From: an uncultured Bacteroidota bacterium
GTDB lineage: Bacteria; Bacteroidota; Ignavibacteria; UBA10030; UBA6906
Direction of reading: 5' to 3'
Length of the DNA stretch: 64,000 nt
Assembly (NCBI GenBank): GCA_963700635.1
Contig: CAVOYH010000002.1
Location: 128,001-192,000, forward strand
A model generated the notes under the pieces. The model made no database searches. It was not told the origin of the DNA and was given only the letters and a program-made list of their open reading frames with translations. Shown here piece by piece: positions 29,801-39,140 of this stretch. Position 1 is the stretch's first letter; each line of letters opens with the position of its first letter. A program made the position numbers and the translations under genes.

Positions 29801-32800
29801 TGGATTTCCGGTATTTCCCGAAGCAGCGGGCGAGATACAACTACAGCCTTGATCTGGAAAATACCCTCACGGCAACCAAGAACTGGGGTGGTGTCATGAA
29901 ACCACTCTCGGTCTCTGCCATTAACCTCTCCAGAGAGAACATTAATTTTATTGAACTCTGGATGCGTGTGGACCGTGCTCCGATGGGTGCTACGATGGTT
30001 ATTGATCTGGGTGCGATCAGCGAGGATGCTATCCCCAACCGGACGCTGAATTCAGAGGATCTCGTTCTCAGTTCGTATCCCAACGGTGTGCTGCAGGAGG
30101 GCGAGGATGTCGGTATTGACATGCTCGCGGACGATCAGGAGCGTCTGCGATTCGCCGCGCTGATCGCAAAGTATCCGGCACTGGCAGCGGATCCGAGTGG
30201 CGACAATTACGCGTTCAGCAATGCCACCGTAAGCAGCGCTTCGGAAGACTTCTCGCGCATCAACGGAACGGACGGGAACAAGGATGGCCCGAGCGGGAGA
30301 ATTCCGGATACGGAAGACCTGAACGCGAATGGCGTTGTGGACCTGGCGAATTCGTACTTCCAGTATGAGCTCCTGCTTGACACAAGCAGCATCCGGAATC
30401 CGCGCATCGTGGGCGGCGGGAACAAAGGGTGGTATCAGTTCCGGATCCCCGTTCGTGAGTTCGTACGCCAGGTCGGAACCCCGTCTCAGGAAAACATCGA
30501 GTTCGTCCGGGTCTCGTTCATCAACGCACCCGACACCATCGCGGTGCGTATCGCGGACTTCAGCCTCGTAGGAAATCAGTGGCAAAAGGCACAGACCGAT
30601 CTGGCCGACACGACATTCGAAGTGACCGTGGTGAACGTCGAAGACAATCCCACGTATCAGAGTCCGCCCGGCGTAATCCGGGAACGTGACCGCACACGGC
30701 CCGAAGAGGAAGTGTACGCAAATGAGCAATCCCTCGCGCTGGTGCTCAAAAGTCTTCCCGTTGGTGAAAACCGTCAGGCGGTAAAATTTTACACCTACCG
30801 CGCACTGGACCTCTTCAATTACAAGACCATGAAGATGTTCGTTCACGGCGATGCTGCATTCCGATACGTTGATGAAAATCGTTATGATGCCGAGTTCTTC
30901 TTCCGGTTCGGTCTGGACAGCCTGAACTTCTATGAGTACCGTTCTCCTATTCGTCCGGGATGGGATCAGCTGAATGAAGTGCTCATTCAATTCGAGGAAC
31001 TGACAGCGGTAAAACAGGCCAGGGATTCCACCAATCGGATATCACCCCCCATTCCGGTGAAAGATGGACCCCCTGGGTCGGTGTACCGGGTGCTGGGAAA
31101 CCCGTCGCTCACCCAGATTGTATATCTCGCCGTTGGCGTAGAGAATCCAGCAGGAAAAGGATCAGGCCTGCCCCTGGCGGGAGAGATATGGGTGAACGAA
31201 TTACGGCTGACCACGGTGGATGATACCCCCGGCTGGGCATACCGGTTTGACACCCAGCTGAAACTTGCAGACATCGGTGCGGTATCGTTTAACTACTCAC
31301 GGGTGGATCCGAACTTTCATACCCTCGAACAGCGGTTTGGCTCCCGCCAGTTGAGCACCAATTGGGCCCTGAGTGCATCCGTTCAGGCGGAAAAGCTGCT
31401 GGATGAAGACTGGGCAGGGACGAGCCTGCCCCTATCCTACTCGCATACCGAAAGTATGGCCAAACCACGGTATTTGCCGAATTCCGATGTGCTGGTCGAC
31501 GAAGCCGCGGAGCAGATCAAAGCAAAGGTTATCCGTTCAGGCGGGACCGAGGAGGAGGCGCAGAAAGAAGCAGATCGGGTGATCCTTGATTCGGAGACCC
31601 GGCGTGTCACCGACACGTATGCGGCGCCGAACTTCCGGATCAACATTCCGGCGGACGCATGGTATATTCGCGACACATTTAACAAATTGAATTTCGGGTT
31701 TTCCTACACGCGTTCGACCGAGCGCAGCCCGGCCGTTGTGAGCAGGATTTCCTGGTCCTGGAATGCACGCATTGCGTACGCAATCACACTTCCAACGGAT
31801 TATTTTATCCAGCCTTTCCGGGATCTGTTTGAAGGATTGTGGCTCCTCGATGAATACAAAGATATGAAGATCTACTATACGCCGACGAATCTGGCGTGGT
31901 CCGTGAATGCGGTCCGGTCCCGTGACAACTCGCTCCAGCGCGCAGCCGGCGCCCAGGAGATCATCTCACGCAATTTCTCGGCATCGCGGCAGTTCGGATT
32001 CGGTTGGAAGCTGACGGAAGGCGGACTCATGAATCTCTCCGGGGACTACAGTGTGAACGTGGAGTCGAGCCTCCTGGATTTTGAACTGGATCAGCGGAAA
32101 CAACAACGTCCGTTCTCGACAATTCTGGGAGACATCTTCTTCGGAGACCGGTTCATCAACTTCGGGCAGGATACGCGGTACTCCCAGCGGAATTCGTTTA
32201 ACACGCGCCCGAACATCCCCAATATCTTCAACATCAAGCGATACCTGGATCTTTCGTTCGGGTATTCCGTTGATTATGCCTGGCAGAATACGCTGACCCG
32301 AGGCGACCTCGGAAAGTCCGCCGGATGGAATTCCAGCATCAACCTCTCCATGAATCTGCGGTTAAAACAATTGTTCGATCCACTGTTTGAAACCACCCCC
32401 GTGGTTCCCGGCGCGGTCTCTGCACGGGGAAGAAGGGTGAGTAGTGAAACCGCAGGGACGCAAAATGATTCCACCCAGACTGCAGATACCACGGCAGGCG
32501 AGGGAGGGCTTTCCAAACTCTTCAGCCAGCTTGGCAATCTGGCCAGGGTCTTTATCAAGATCCCATTGCTGGACTATGACAACATCAATGTCACGTTTAC
32601 GCAGACGAACAATACGCAGAACAGCGGGGTTGTCGGACGGACCGGTTTTACGAATTTCTGGGGACGTATTCCGTTCTTTCAGGATCCTGTCCCACGATAC
32701 GGGCCCTCCCGATTGTACCAGCTGGGATTGATCAGCGATCCGAGCGGACGGCTCACGAATTTCGGGCCCCGGTCAAAGTTTCCGTTCTTCGGATGGGACG

Positions 32801-33867
32801 TTGAACCGGGTCTCAGGGCGCCGGGGGGCGTGCTGGTGAATACCTTCCGCCAGAACAACCGTCTTGCATTCAAGACGTCACGCGGATTGTGGGAAGGCGC
32901 GCGGCTCGATCTGAACTGGAATGTGGGATGGGCATACAACCGCTCGCAGAACATCGTGACGGATTCGATCTACGGGATCCCGTCTGTGTTGAACACGACA
33001 ACCTCGGGCAGTATAGATCGTTCGTTCCTGACCTTCCCTGACGTCCTGTTTCTGGGTGTGTTCAAAACCAGTCTCAAGGAAGTAAGCAAGCGGTACGGTG
33101 AGCTCAAGAGCGACAAGACGAACGAAAAAAGTGACGAGGAGAAGCTGAGCCAGGCGTTTGAGGAGGGTTTTGAAGCGCTTCCATTCCTCCGGAAGGTGTT
33201 TGGCGAAATGGCCCCGCGTGTGAACTGGAGTTTCCGCTGGGATGGACTCGAGAAGCTGCCTCTTTTTTCGGGGTTTGTGACCCGCCTGTCGGTGGATCAC
33301 GCCTACAATTCGAACTATACCCGGCAATACCAGAATCGTCCGGGCGGGGACGGCGAACGGACCGACGGACAACGTGTGATGTACGGATTTGCCCCGTTGA
33401 TCGGGGCGAATTTCACGTTCAAGGAGCTCTGGAAGGGAGCCTTCGGCGCGAACCTGCGGTACAATACCACGACGTCGTACGATCTGACAACCTCCTCTCG
33501 CAACATCGTGGAAGCCCTGTCGCAGGAGATCGCTGTGACGGCGTCCTATTCGCGACGCGGATTCGAAATACCCTTCTTCGGACTGTCGCTCAACAACGAC
33601 ATAGATGTGAGCTTCTCCTATTCGGTCACAAAAAATTCACGGTTGACCTATGATGTTTCGAAACTCGACCTGAACGTGACAGGCACCCCTCTTGAAGGGA
33701 CCACACGAACAATTATCGAGCCGCGAATCAAGTATGTGCTGAGCCTGCGGGTAAATGCCTCCGTCTACTACCGCTATACAAAGATTGCACCCGACGACTC
33801 AGGGTCTCGTATCCCGGGCAGCACGACGAATGAAGCGGGTCTGGACATCCACATCTCTATCCAGTAG
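26872..33867 (+). CDS. sprA: T9SS outer-membrane translocon SprA/Sov
   Basis: 2331 aa; IFGKPEIKLNI.G, NGTIGDKL, FEYENQLKIKYTGYEDEI, EAGNVSL, LFGVKAQFQMGPL, LGFNVVEGSV, IPDTEDLN, IWVNELRL; followed by porX. Confidence 0.92.
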   Translation: MNSNRLYHTPYHLVPPTRWLFPLAGLLITLLVCVFSLEGSGVPPGTPAQILPQDTIRTRFPGQFPGQGLPGSFGLADTTRRDSLGFTLDSLGVWRDSLGNYLDSLGVWRDSLGLRRDTTGIRLIKDSTYVVYLDSTSRLRQFRASRTDPVYTKFFPERNYPLFGSRKVAGYRREVTLDSTGRTIRFRETVGGEAVKIPVSMPLRDYVEARQKEEFRRILAEEARKPKALVARNDLGELLSSITQIHIPIPPNPIFSIFGKPEIKLNISGAVDIKAGFRNTQTDQTTISRLDQSRNEPDFSQDVQVNVNGTIGDKLQIQADWNTQRTFEYENQLKIKYTGYEDEIVRSIEAGNVSLQTPSAFIGSSQALFGVKAQFQMGPLVLTALASQKKGQIKEVAVSGGAKEQTFEMRAYEYATNHFFVDTAYIKEYEPYYQNEPPLVNSNSQIVEEEVWIQRQGGIPDPNERLGVASVSLPLRPTSGYSESFRDAIDDPGKIETGPFILLDRSQYELDGDGYLGVLSLNASVGDQQIVAIAYRTADGRQFGELTRNVGSDSVSVSKRLVLKMVKPKNLLSNGPSYPTPWKMLLKNIYPIQGIGRNVKKTGFSLDIFRRVPGGEDQNSVLNEPLLRVFGLDKYNSDDTPAPDGDGQFDYRPGRSINQARAEIIFPTLRPFDTGVRQYFLDKGTSLADTSEFLYQEVYDTTRTFAEQALRNRYVIRGKATGEATSRYSLGFNVVEGSVQVLLDGRTLLANVDYTVDYIIGEVVIKNDRALVPGANLQIKYEQNDLFQLASKTLLGARGDLRLGQNVNFGFTIMNLNQETLSDKVRLGEEPNNNTIFGMDGSTTLNLPFLTRALDALPIFETREPSQLKISGEAAYMLPDPNTKKSPIPSDNAEGIAYIDDFEAARRSIPVGISYAAWTLASPPADNFFFPGVPDTTKMFSRGQMHWFNRLPTDVALTDIYPRKLPGNAANDLATVLDFRYFPKQRARYNYSLDLENTLTATKNWGGVMKPLSVSAINLSRENINFIELWMRVDRAPMGATMVIDLGAISEDAIPNRTLNSEDLVLSSYPNGVLQEGEDVGIDMLADDQERLRFAALIAKYPALAADPSGDNYAFSNATVSSASEDFSRINGTDGNKDGPSGRIPDTEDLNANGVVDLANSYFQYELLLDTSSIRNPRIVGGGNKGWYQFRIPVREFVRQVGTPSQENIEFVRVSFINAPDTIAVRIADFSLVGNQWQKAQTDLADTTFEVTVVNVEDNPTYQSPPGVIRERDRTRPEEEVYANEQSLALVLKSLPVGENRQAVKFYTYRALDLFNYKTMKMFVHGDAAFRYVDENRYDAEFFFRFGLDSLNFYEYRSPIRPGWDQLNEVLIQFEELTAVKQARDSTNRISPPIPVKDGPPGSVYRVLGNPSLTQIVYLAVGVENPAGKGSGLPLAGEIWVNELRLTTVDDTPGWAYRFDTQLKLADIGAVSFNYSRVDPNFHTLEQRFGSRQLSTNWALSASVQAEKLLDEDWAGTSLPLSYSHTESMAKPRYLPNSDVLVDEAAEQIKAKVIRSGGTEEEAQKEADRVILDSETRRVTDTYAAPNFRINIPADAWYIRDTFNKLNFGFSYTRSTERSPAVVSRISWSWNARIAYAITLPTDYFIQPFRDLFEGLWLLDEYKDMKIYYTPTNLAWSVNAVRSRDNSLQRAAGAQEIISRNFSASRQFGFGWKLTEGGLMNLSGDYSVNVESSLLDFELDQRKQQRPFSTILGDIFFGDRFINFGQDTRYSQRNSFNTRPNIPNIFNIKRYLDLSFGYSVDYAWQNTLTRGDLGKSAGWNSSINLSMNLRLKQLFDPLFETTPVVPGAVSARGRRVSSETAGTQNDSTQTADTTAGEGGLSKLFSQLGNLARVFIKIPLLDYDNINVTFTQTNNTQNSGVVGRTGFTNFWGRIPFFQDPVPRYGPSRLYQLGLISDPSGRLTNFGPRSKFPFFGWDVEPGLRAPGGVLVNTFRQNNRLAFKTSRGLWEGARLDLNWNVGWAYNRSQNIVTDSIYGIPSVLNTTTSGSIDRSFLTFPDVLFLGVFKTSLKEVSKRYGELKSDKTNEKSDEEKLSQAFEEGFEALPFLRKVFGEMAPRVNWSFRWDGLEKLPLFSGFVTRLSVDHAYNSNYTRQYQNRPGGDGERTDGQRVMYGFAPLIGANFTFKELWKGAFGANLRYNTTTSYDLTTSSRNIVEALSQEIAVTASYSRRGFEIPFFGLSLNNDIDVSFSYSVTKNSRLTYDVSKLDLNVTGTPLEGTTRTIIEPRIKYVLSLRVNASVYYRYTKIAPDDSGSRIPGSTTNEAGLDIHISIQ
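27112..27230 (+). repeat. In-frame 21-nt tandem repeat in the sprA 5' end, (xx)xDSLG five times
   Basis: Encodes RDSLGFTLDSLGVWRDSLGNYLDSLGVWRDSLGLRRDTTG; CTCGGAGTCTGGCGGGATTC recurs 42 nt apart. Confidence 0.85.
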
Positions 33868-33903
33868 CCGCCGCAGCGCCAACAAGGAAGAGAGAGCAGG
33901 GCC

Positions 33904-35472
33904 ATGGAAGAATCAAAGGGACGTATCCTCTGGGTCGATGATGAAATTGACCTCCTCCGGGCGCACGTTGGATTTCTCAACGAGCGCGGTTTCGAAGTGG
34001 AAACGGTGACCAATGGCGAAGATGCCATTGCGCTCGTCAAAGAACATGAATACGATCTGGTCTTTCTCGATGAGATGATGCCCGGCATGGGCGGACTGCG
34101 GACCCTTGCCGAAATCAAGGAACTCCAGCCGATGCTTCCGGTGGTGATGATCACGAAGAATGAAGCGGAGTCGCTGATGGAGGAAGCCATTGGAGGCAAA
34201 ATCAGCGACTACCTCACGAAGCCGGTGAACCCGAGCCAGGTGCTGATGATCTGCAAGAAGTTCCTTGAAGGGCGGAAGATCACGGGCGCTGCGATCTCCA
34301 AGGATTACATCAAAGAGTTCAACGAGATTTCTCTCACCCTGATGGAAGGGCCGGGTTACCAGCAATGGACCGATATCTATACGCGCCTCGTCGGGTGGGG
34401 ACTCGAGCTCGACCGCCATCCTGAACTCGGGCTGAAGCAGACCCTCAACGACCAGCTCCGCGAGTGTAATCTGGCGTTCGGCAAGTTTATCGAACGGAAC
34501 TACAGAGACTGGGTGGAACAATCGAGTGGCAGGCCGACACTCTCCCTGGAGATTGTGGACCGGTACGTCATCCCTGAACTCCAAACCGGGCGGTCCGTGC
34601 TGTTTTTTGTGATCGATTGTATGCGGCTTGACCAGTGGATGATGTTCGAGGAACTCCTGCAGGAGTATTTTGTCATATCCAAGGAATTCTACTTCAGTAT
34701 TCTCCCGACGGCGACGCCGTACTCCCGCAATGCAATCTTCAGCGGCTCATATCCATGTGACGTCGAACTGCGCCATCCCGATCTCTGGGACAAGAGCGAA
34801 GACGACGAAAGCAGCAGGAACCGCTATGAACGCCAGTTTCTGGAGAAGCTGCTTGAACGCCGGCGGATCTTTCTAAAACCGGAGCCCAAATACGTGAAGA
34901 TTCTGGACCCGGAATTCGGCAGAAGTATCGAAAGTACTATCAATTCGTATGCCCAAACGCGCCTTACCTCCATTGTCGTAAATTTTGTGGACATGCTGGC
35001 GCACGGGCGGTCGGACTCGAGCCTGTTGAAGGAAATCGCGCCAGACGAATCGGCTTACCGCTCCCTGACCAGATCCTGGTTTCTCCATTCTTCACTCTTT
35101 GGAATGCTCAAGACACTTTCCCGGAACAAGAATGTGACGGTTGTGCTGACAACCGATCACGGAAGTATCCGAAGCCTGCGGGGATCAAAGGTGCTGGGTG
35201 ACAGGGAAGCGTCCACCAACCTCCGGTATAAATATGGGAGGAACCTCAAGTGTGACGAAAAGGCAGCCATCTACATAAAGAACCCATTGGATTTCAAGCT
35301 TCCGAAAAGAGGTGTGGCGGTAAACTATATTATCGCCAAGGAAGACTACTATTTTGTGTACCCGACCGAATACCATAAGTATCTCAACCAGTACCGTGAC
35401 AGTTTTCAGCATGGCGGGGTTTCCATGGAGGAGATGATCCTTCCGGTAATCAGAATGGAGCCGCGGGGATGA
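33904..35472 (+). CDS. porX: PorX-type response regulator (receiver + PglZ alkaline-phosphatase-like domain)
   Basis: ILWVDDEID, LDEMMPG, ITKNE, YLTKPVNP, SILPTATPYSRNAIFSG, NFVDMLAH, TTDHG, FQHGGVSMEEM. Confidence 0.92.
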   Translation: MEESKGRILWVDDEIDLLRAHVGFLNERGFEVETVTNGEDAIALVKEHEYDLVFLDEMMPGMGGLRTLAEIKELQPMLPVVMITKNEAESLMEEAIGGKISDYLTKPVNPSQVLMICKKFLEGRKITGAAISKDYIKEFNEISLTLMEGPGYQQWTDIYTRLVGWGLELDRHPELGLKQTLNDQLRECNLAFGKFIERNYRDWVEQSSGRPTLSLEIVDRYVIPELQTGRSVLFFVIDCMRLDQWMMFEELLQEYFVISKEFYFSILPTATPYSRNAIFSGSYPCDVELRHPDLWDKSEDDESSRNRYERQFLEKLLERRRIFLKPEPKYVKILDPEFGRSIESTINSYAQTRLTSIVVNFVDMLAHGRSDSSLLKEIAPDESAYRSLTRSWFLHSSLFGMLKTLSRNKNVTVVLTTDHGSIRSLRGSKVLGDREASTNLRYKYGRNLKCDEKAAIYIKNPLDFKLPKRGVAVNYIIAKEDYYFVYPTEYHKYLNQYRDSFQHGGVSMEEMILPVIRMEPRG

Positions 35473-35906
35473 CAAGCCGGATCACCCGGAAGCCCGAAGA
35501 GACGGAGCAGATGGGGAGGGAGTTCGGTGCCACGCTCCGCGCAGGCGACGTGGTGGCGCTGGTGGGAGAGCTCGGTTCCGGGAAAACACAGTTTGCCGCA
35601 GGGATTTGCGCTTCACTCGGGACACGGGGTCACGTGACGAGCCCCACGTTTACGCTTATCCATGAATACGCCGCACAGGACGTAACGGTGGTGCATGCAG
35701 ATATGTACAGGATTACGTCTGTGCGTGAAGCCCTCGACATCGGGCTGCTTGAGTATTTCCAGGCCCCGTACGTGACTCTGGTCGAGTGGGCCGACCGGGT
35801 GCTTGACCTGCTCCCTCCGGAACGTTATCTTGTAGTGTTGTCACACCGCGAGGATCCACTGGAACGCGAGATCTCGATTACATCTCTGCCGGGTGAACGC
35901 GGATGA
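35469..35906 (+). CDS. tsaE: tRNA threonylcarbamoyladenosine biosynthesis ATPase
   Basis: GELGSGKT, VTSPTFTL, HADMYR, VEW. Confidence 0.93.
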   Translation: MTSRITRKPEETEQMGREFGATLRAGDVVALVGELGSGKTQFAAGICASLGTRGHVTSPTFTLIHEYAAQDVTVVHADMYRITSVREALDIGLLEYFQAPYVTLVEWADRVLDLLPPERYLVVLSHREDPLEREISITSLPGERG

Positions 35907-36604
35907 GCATCCTGGCCCTTGAAACTGCGTCGATGGTGTGCGGTGTGGCAATCGCCCGTGGCGGCAGTATAGTCGCCGAGCAGTGGGTGGAGGAGCGGTC
36001 GATTCACGCGGAGCGTTTGTTCGGTCTGGTGGACGGTGTTCTTCACGAAGCCGGTTGTGAACCCCGTGACCTTCGTGCGGTGGCCGTGTCCATCGGCCCG
36101 GGATCGTTTACGGGATTGAGAATCGGACTCAGCGCCGCAAAGGGATTTCACATGGCCCTGGGCATACCCCTGGTGGAAGTCCCCACATTGCTTGCGCTGG
36201 GACGGCGAGCGCTTCCACTGCTCGAAAGCCGGACGGGGCATATTCTGGCGGCACTTGATGCGCGCCGCGATGAAGTGTATTGCCAGCTCTTTACCGTGCA
36301 CGCGGGGGAGATATCGCGGACCGGAGATGTGCATGCACGGACGGTCCGGGAGGTTGTTGCGGAACTGCCTTCAGGAGAAGTCGTCCTGACAGGAGACGGG
36401 CGGGAGAAAGTATTTGCAGCGTTGACGAGTGATTCTCTCACGTCGGATCGGTCCGTTCGTGTCACAGACGCACCGTTGGCCCGTTGTTCAGCCGCGGAAG
36501 TGGCACGGATCGGAGAAACACGATATCAGCTGAACCAATTTGCCGATCCGGGCGTTCTTGAACCGCGCTATGTGAAAGAAGTGTTCCTGCGTTCATCCCA
36601 TTAG
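35903..36604 (+). CDS. tsaB: tRNA threonylcarbamoyladenosine biosynthesis protein
   Basis: ILALETA, GPGSFTGLRIG, DARRDEVY, EPRY. Confidence 0.93.
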   Translation: MSILALETASMVCGVAIARGGSIVAEQWVEERSIHAERLFGLVDGVLHEAGCEPRDLRAVAVSIGPGSFTGLRIGLSAAKGFHMALGIPLVEVPTLLALGRRALPLLESRTGHILAALDARRDEVYCQLFTVHAGEISRTGDVHARTVREVVAELPSGEVVLTGDGREKVFAALTSDSLTSDRSVRVTDAPLARCSAAEVARIGETRYQLNQFADPGVLEPRYVKEVFLRSSH

Positions 36605-36620
36605 CAAAAGGACGGACCCC

Positions 36621-37460
36621 ATGTCCTGGTTCCGACGTTCCAAAGAAAATATTGCCGCGGAGACCCAGAAGAAAGAAATTCCCGACGGACTCTGGACAAA
36701 GTGTGATTCCTGCGGCGAGATCATTCACAAGAAGGAGCTTCAGAAGAGCTTCTTCACGTGTCTGAAATGTAACGCCCATTTCCGGATCGGCAGTGCGGAG
36801 TATCTTGAAATTCTGCTTGACGCGAAATCCTTCACTGAGCAGGACAAGCGGATGCGCTCCGGTGACCCCCTGAAGTTCAAGGACTCGAAACGGTACCGGG
36901 ATCGGACGGCGGAGGCGATAAAGAAGACCAAATTAAACGACGCTGTGCGATGGGGCACGGGGACGATAAAGGAAAAAAAGGTCGTTGTGGCTGTGATGGA
37001 TTTCTCGTTCATCGGCGGGAGTATGGGATCCGTGGTCGGCGAGAAAATCAGCCGGGCCATTGATCGCGCCTGGAAATCCAAAACACCGTTAATCGTGGTT
37101 TCCTCGAGTGGCGGCGCCCGCATGATGGAGGGAGCCCTCTCTCTCGTGCAAATGGCAAAAACAAGCGCCAAACTGACCCGCCTCGCGGACAATCGTACTC
37201 CTTATATATCCGTCCTCACGGATCCCACAACGGGCGGAGTGACGGCCAGCTTCGCAATGCTGGGCGATGTGATCATCGGCGAACCGGGTGCACTGATCGG
37301 CTTTGCCGGCCCGCGGGTCATCAAACAAACCATCGGCCGGGATCTCCCTCCGGGATTCCAAAGAGCTGAATTCCTGCTCGAGCATGGATTCCTTGATATG
37401 GTGGTCCACCGGCGCGATATGCGGGATATGATTTATGATATCCTCCAGCACCTGACATGA
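36621..37460 (+). CDS. accD: Acetyl-CoA carboxylase carboxyltransferase beta subunit
   Basis: GLWTKCDSC...CLKC zinc finger, GGSMGSVVGEK, SGGARMMEG, DPTTGGVTASFA. Confidence 0.97.
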   Translation: MSWFRRSKENIAAETQKKEIPDGLWTKCDSCGEIIHKKELQKSFFTCLKCNAHFRIGSAEYLEILLDAKSFTEQDKRMRSGDPLKFKDSKRYRDRTAEAIKKTKLNDAVRWGTGTIKEKKVVVAVMDFSFIGGSMGSVVGEKISRAIDRAWKSKTPLIVVSSSGGARMMEGALSLVQMAKTSAKLTRLADNRTPYISVLTDPTTGGVTASFAMLGDVIIGEPGALIGFAGPRVIKQTIGRDLPPGFQRAEFLLEHGFLDMVVHRRDMRDMIYDILQHLT

Positions 37461-38308
37461 TCATTGTTACCGATCCGTCAGCGATGCAGCGTCTCGCCGA
37501 TGAAGCGCGGACCGGCGGAAAAGAAATCTCGTTTGTCCCTACCATGGGAGCGCTTCACGCCGGTCATCTGACGCTCATACGGGAAGCCGCCGGGTACGGC
37601 GACACGGTCGTCGTCTCCATCTTCGTCAATCCCACCCAGTTCGGAGAAGGGGAGGATTTTCACCGGTACCCCAGAAATCTGGACCGGGATGCCGCGTTTG
37701 CGGCAGAAGCCGGGTGTGACATTCTTTTTGCACCGGCAACGGCCGCGATGTATCCGGAGACCCATGCAACGTTTGTCCAGGTTGAAAAGTCCACCGGCGT
37801 CCTGGAAGGGAAGTCCCGCCCGGGCCATTTCCGCGGCGTGACAACGGTTGTCGCAACGCTCTGCAACATTGTAAAACCTCACATCCTGTTGCTCGGCCAG
37901 AAGGATGGGCAGCAGGTGGCAGTGCTCCGGCGAATGCTGCGCGATCTGCAGTTTGATATCCGGCTGGTGGTCGTGCCGACCGTGCGGGAACCCGACGGTT
38001 TGGCCATGAGTTCCCGGAATGCGTACCTTACACCCGACCAGCGTTCGCAGGCCCCCGTGCTCTCTGCGGCGCTTCGTATGGCAGAACAGCGGTTGCGCGC
38101 GGGTGAACAGGATGCGGCGGCAATCCGGGACGCGATGCGGGCCATGATCACGGCGAAGACGGACGGGGAGATTGACTATGTCTCGATCGCTCACGGTGAA
38201 TCGCTGGAGGAGCTCACGATTGTCCCCTCTGCGATACCCGTCATGATATCTCTTGCAGTGCGTCTTGGAACCACCCGTCTGATCGACAATATCTCCTTAA
38301 CCGTTTAG
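37457..38308 (+). CDS. panC: Pantoate-beta-alanine ligase
   Basis: VPTMGALHAGH, SIFVNPTQF, RPGHFRGV, GQKD, DGLAMSSRN, RLIDN. Confidence 0.97.
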   Translation: MIIVTDPSAMQRLADEARTGGKEISFVPTMGALHAGHLTLIREAAGYGDTVVVSIFVNPTQFGEGEDFHRYPRNLDRDAAFAAEAGCDILFAPATAAMYPETHATFVQVEKSTGVLEGKSRPGHFRGVTTVVATLCNIVKPHILLLGQKDGQQVAVLRRMLRDLQFDIRLVVVPTVREPDGLAMSSRNAYLTPDQRSQAPVLSAALRMAEQRLRAGEQDAAAIRDAMRAMITAKTDGEIDYVSIAHGESLEELTIVPSAIPVMISLAVRLGTTRLIDNISLTV

Positions 38309-38315
38309 GGACACT

Positions 38316-39071
38316 ATGGATTCACGTCTGGCAGTTGTGATCATGGCGGCAGGAAAAGGCACCCGGATGAACAATGCGGCCATGGCCAAGGTGATGTATC
38401 CCATCGCGAACAAGCCGATGGTCGAACATGTTGTTGATCTTGCGTTTGCCCTGCACGCTTCAAGGGTTGTCGTTATCGTCGGATGGCAGAAAGACTCTGT
38501 GATCGATCATCTGAGACAGCGAGGGAAGAATGTCACCTGTGTCGAGCAAAACCCTCAGCTGGGCACCGGGCATGCGATCATGCAGGCAGAGCAGCCCCTT
38601 GACGGTTTTTTCGGGGATGTGCTTGTACTCTCGGGTGATGTCCCCCTGCTCACCAGAGGTAGCGTGCACGACTTGTTGGCCTACCACCGTTCGGCGCCTG
38701 CGGCGGCAACAATTCTGACGGCAAAACTTGATGACCCGACTGGCTACGGACGCATACTCCGCGATTCTCCGGAAGGGAGTGTAACGGGAATTGTCGAACA
38801 CAAAGACGCAACCGAAGATCAGCGCCAGATACGCGAAATCAACTCCGGTATTTATGTGTTCGACAAGCAGCGGCTTTTCGAAGGATTGCAGCATATTACG
38901 CCGAATAACGTGCAGAAAGAGTATTACCTCACAGATGTATTCCAGCATTTCTGGGCCAGCCAATTGACAGTCCGCGCTGTTGCGGCCGAAAACCCCGTGG
39001 AGATCCAGGGCATTAATACCGCCCAACAGCTGGAGGACGCCAGAATCCTTTTTGCAGCTCGCAGAATTTGA
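38316..39071 (+). CDS. GlmU-type GlcNAc-1-P uridylyltransferase domain only (no LbH acetyltransferase domain)
   Basis: MAAGKGTRM, QLGTGHA, SGDVPL, DPTGYGRI, IVEHKDA, EINSGIY, EYYLTD, GIN; ends at 251 aa. Confidence 0.85.
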   Translation: MDSRLAVVIMAAGKGTRMNNAAMAKVMYPIANKPMVEHVVDLAFALHASRVVVIVGWQKDSVIDHLRQRGKNVTCVEQNPQLGTGHAIMQAEQPLDGFFGDVLVLSGDVPLLTRGSVHDLLAYHRSAPAAATILTAKLDDPTGYGRILRDSPEGSVTGIVEHKDATEDQRQIREINSGIYVFDKQRLFEGLQHITPNNVQKEYYLTDVFQHFWASQLTVRAVAAENPVEIQGINTAQQLEDARILFAARRI

Positions 39072-39096
39072 CAAATCGCCCCGTTTTGCGTATTAT
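39068..39096 (+). promoter_or_regulatory. Internal sigma70-type promoter
   Basis: TTGACA (39068-39073)-17 nt-TATTAT (39091-39096), overlapping the upstream stop codon. Confidence 0.7.
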
Positions 39097-39140
39097 TGAA
39101 TCAGAGAGGTAGCGATGTACACAGGGAAAGGGCTGGATTG

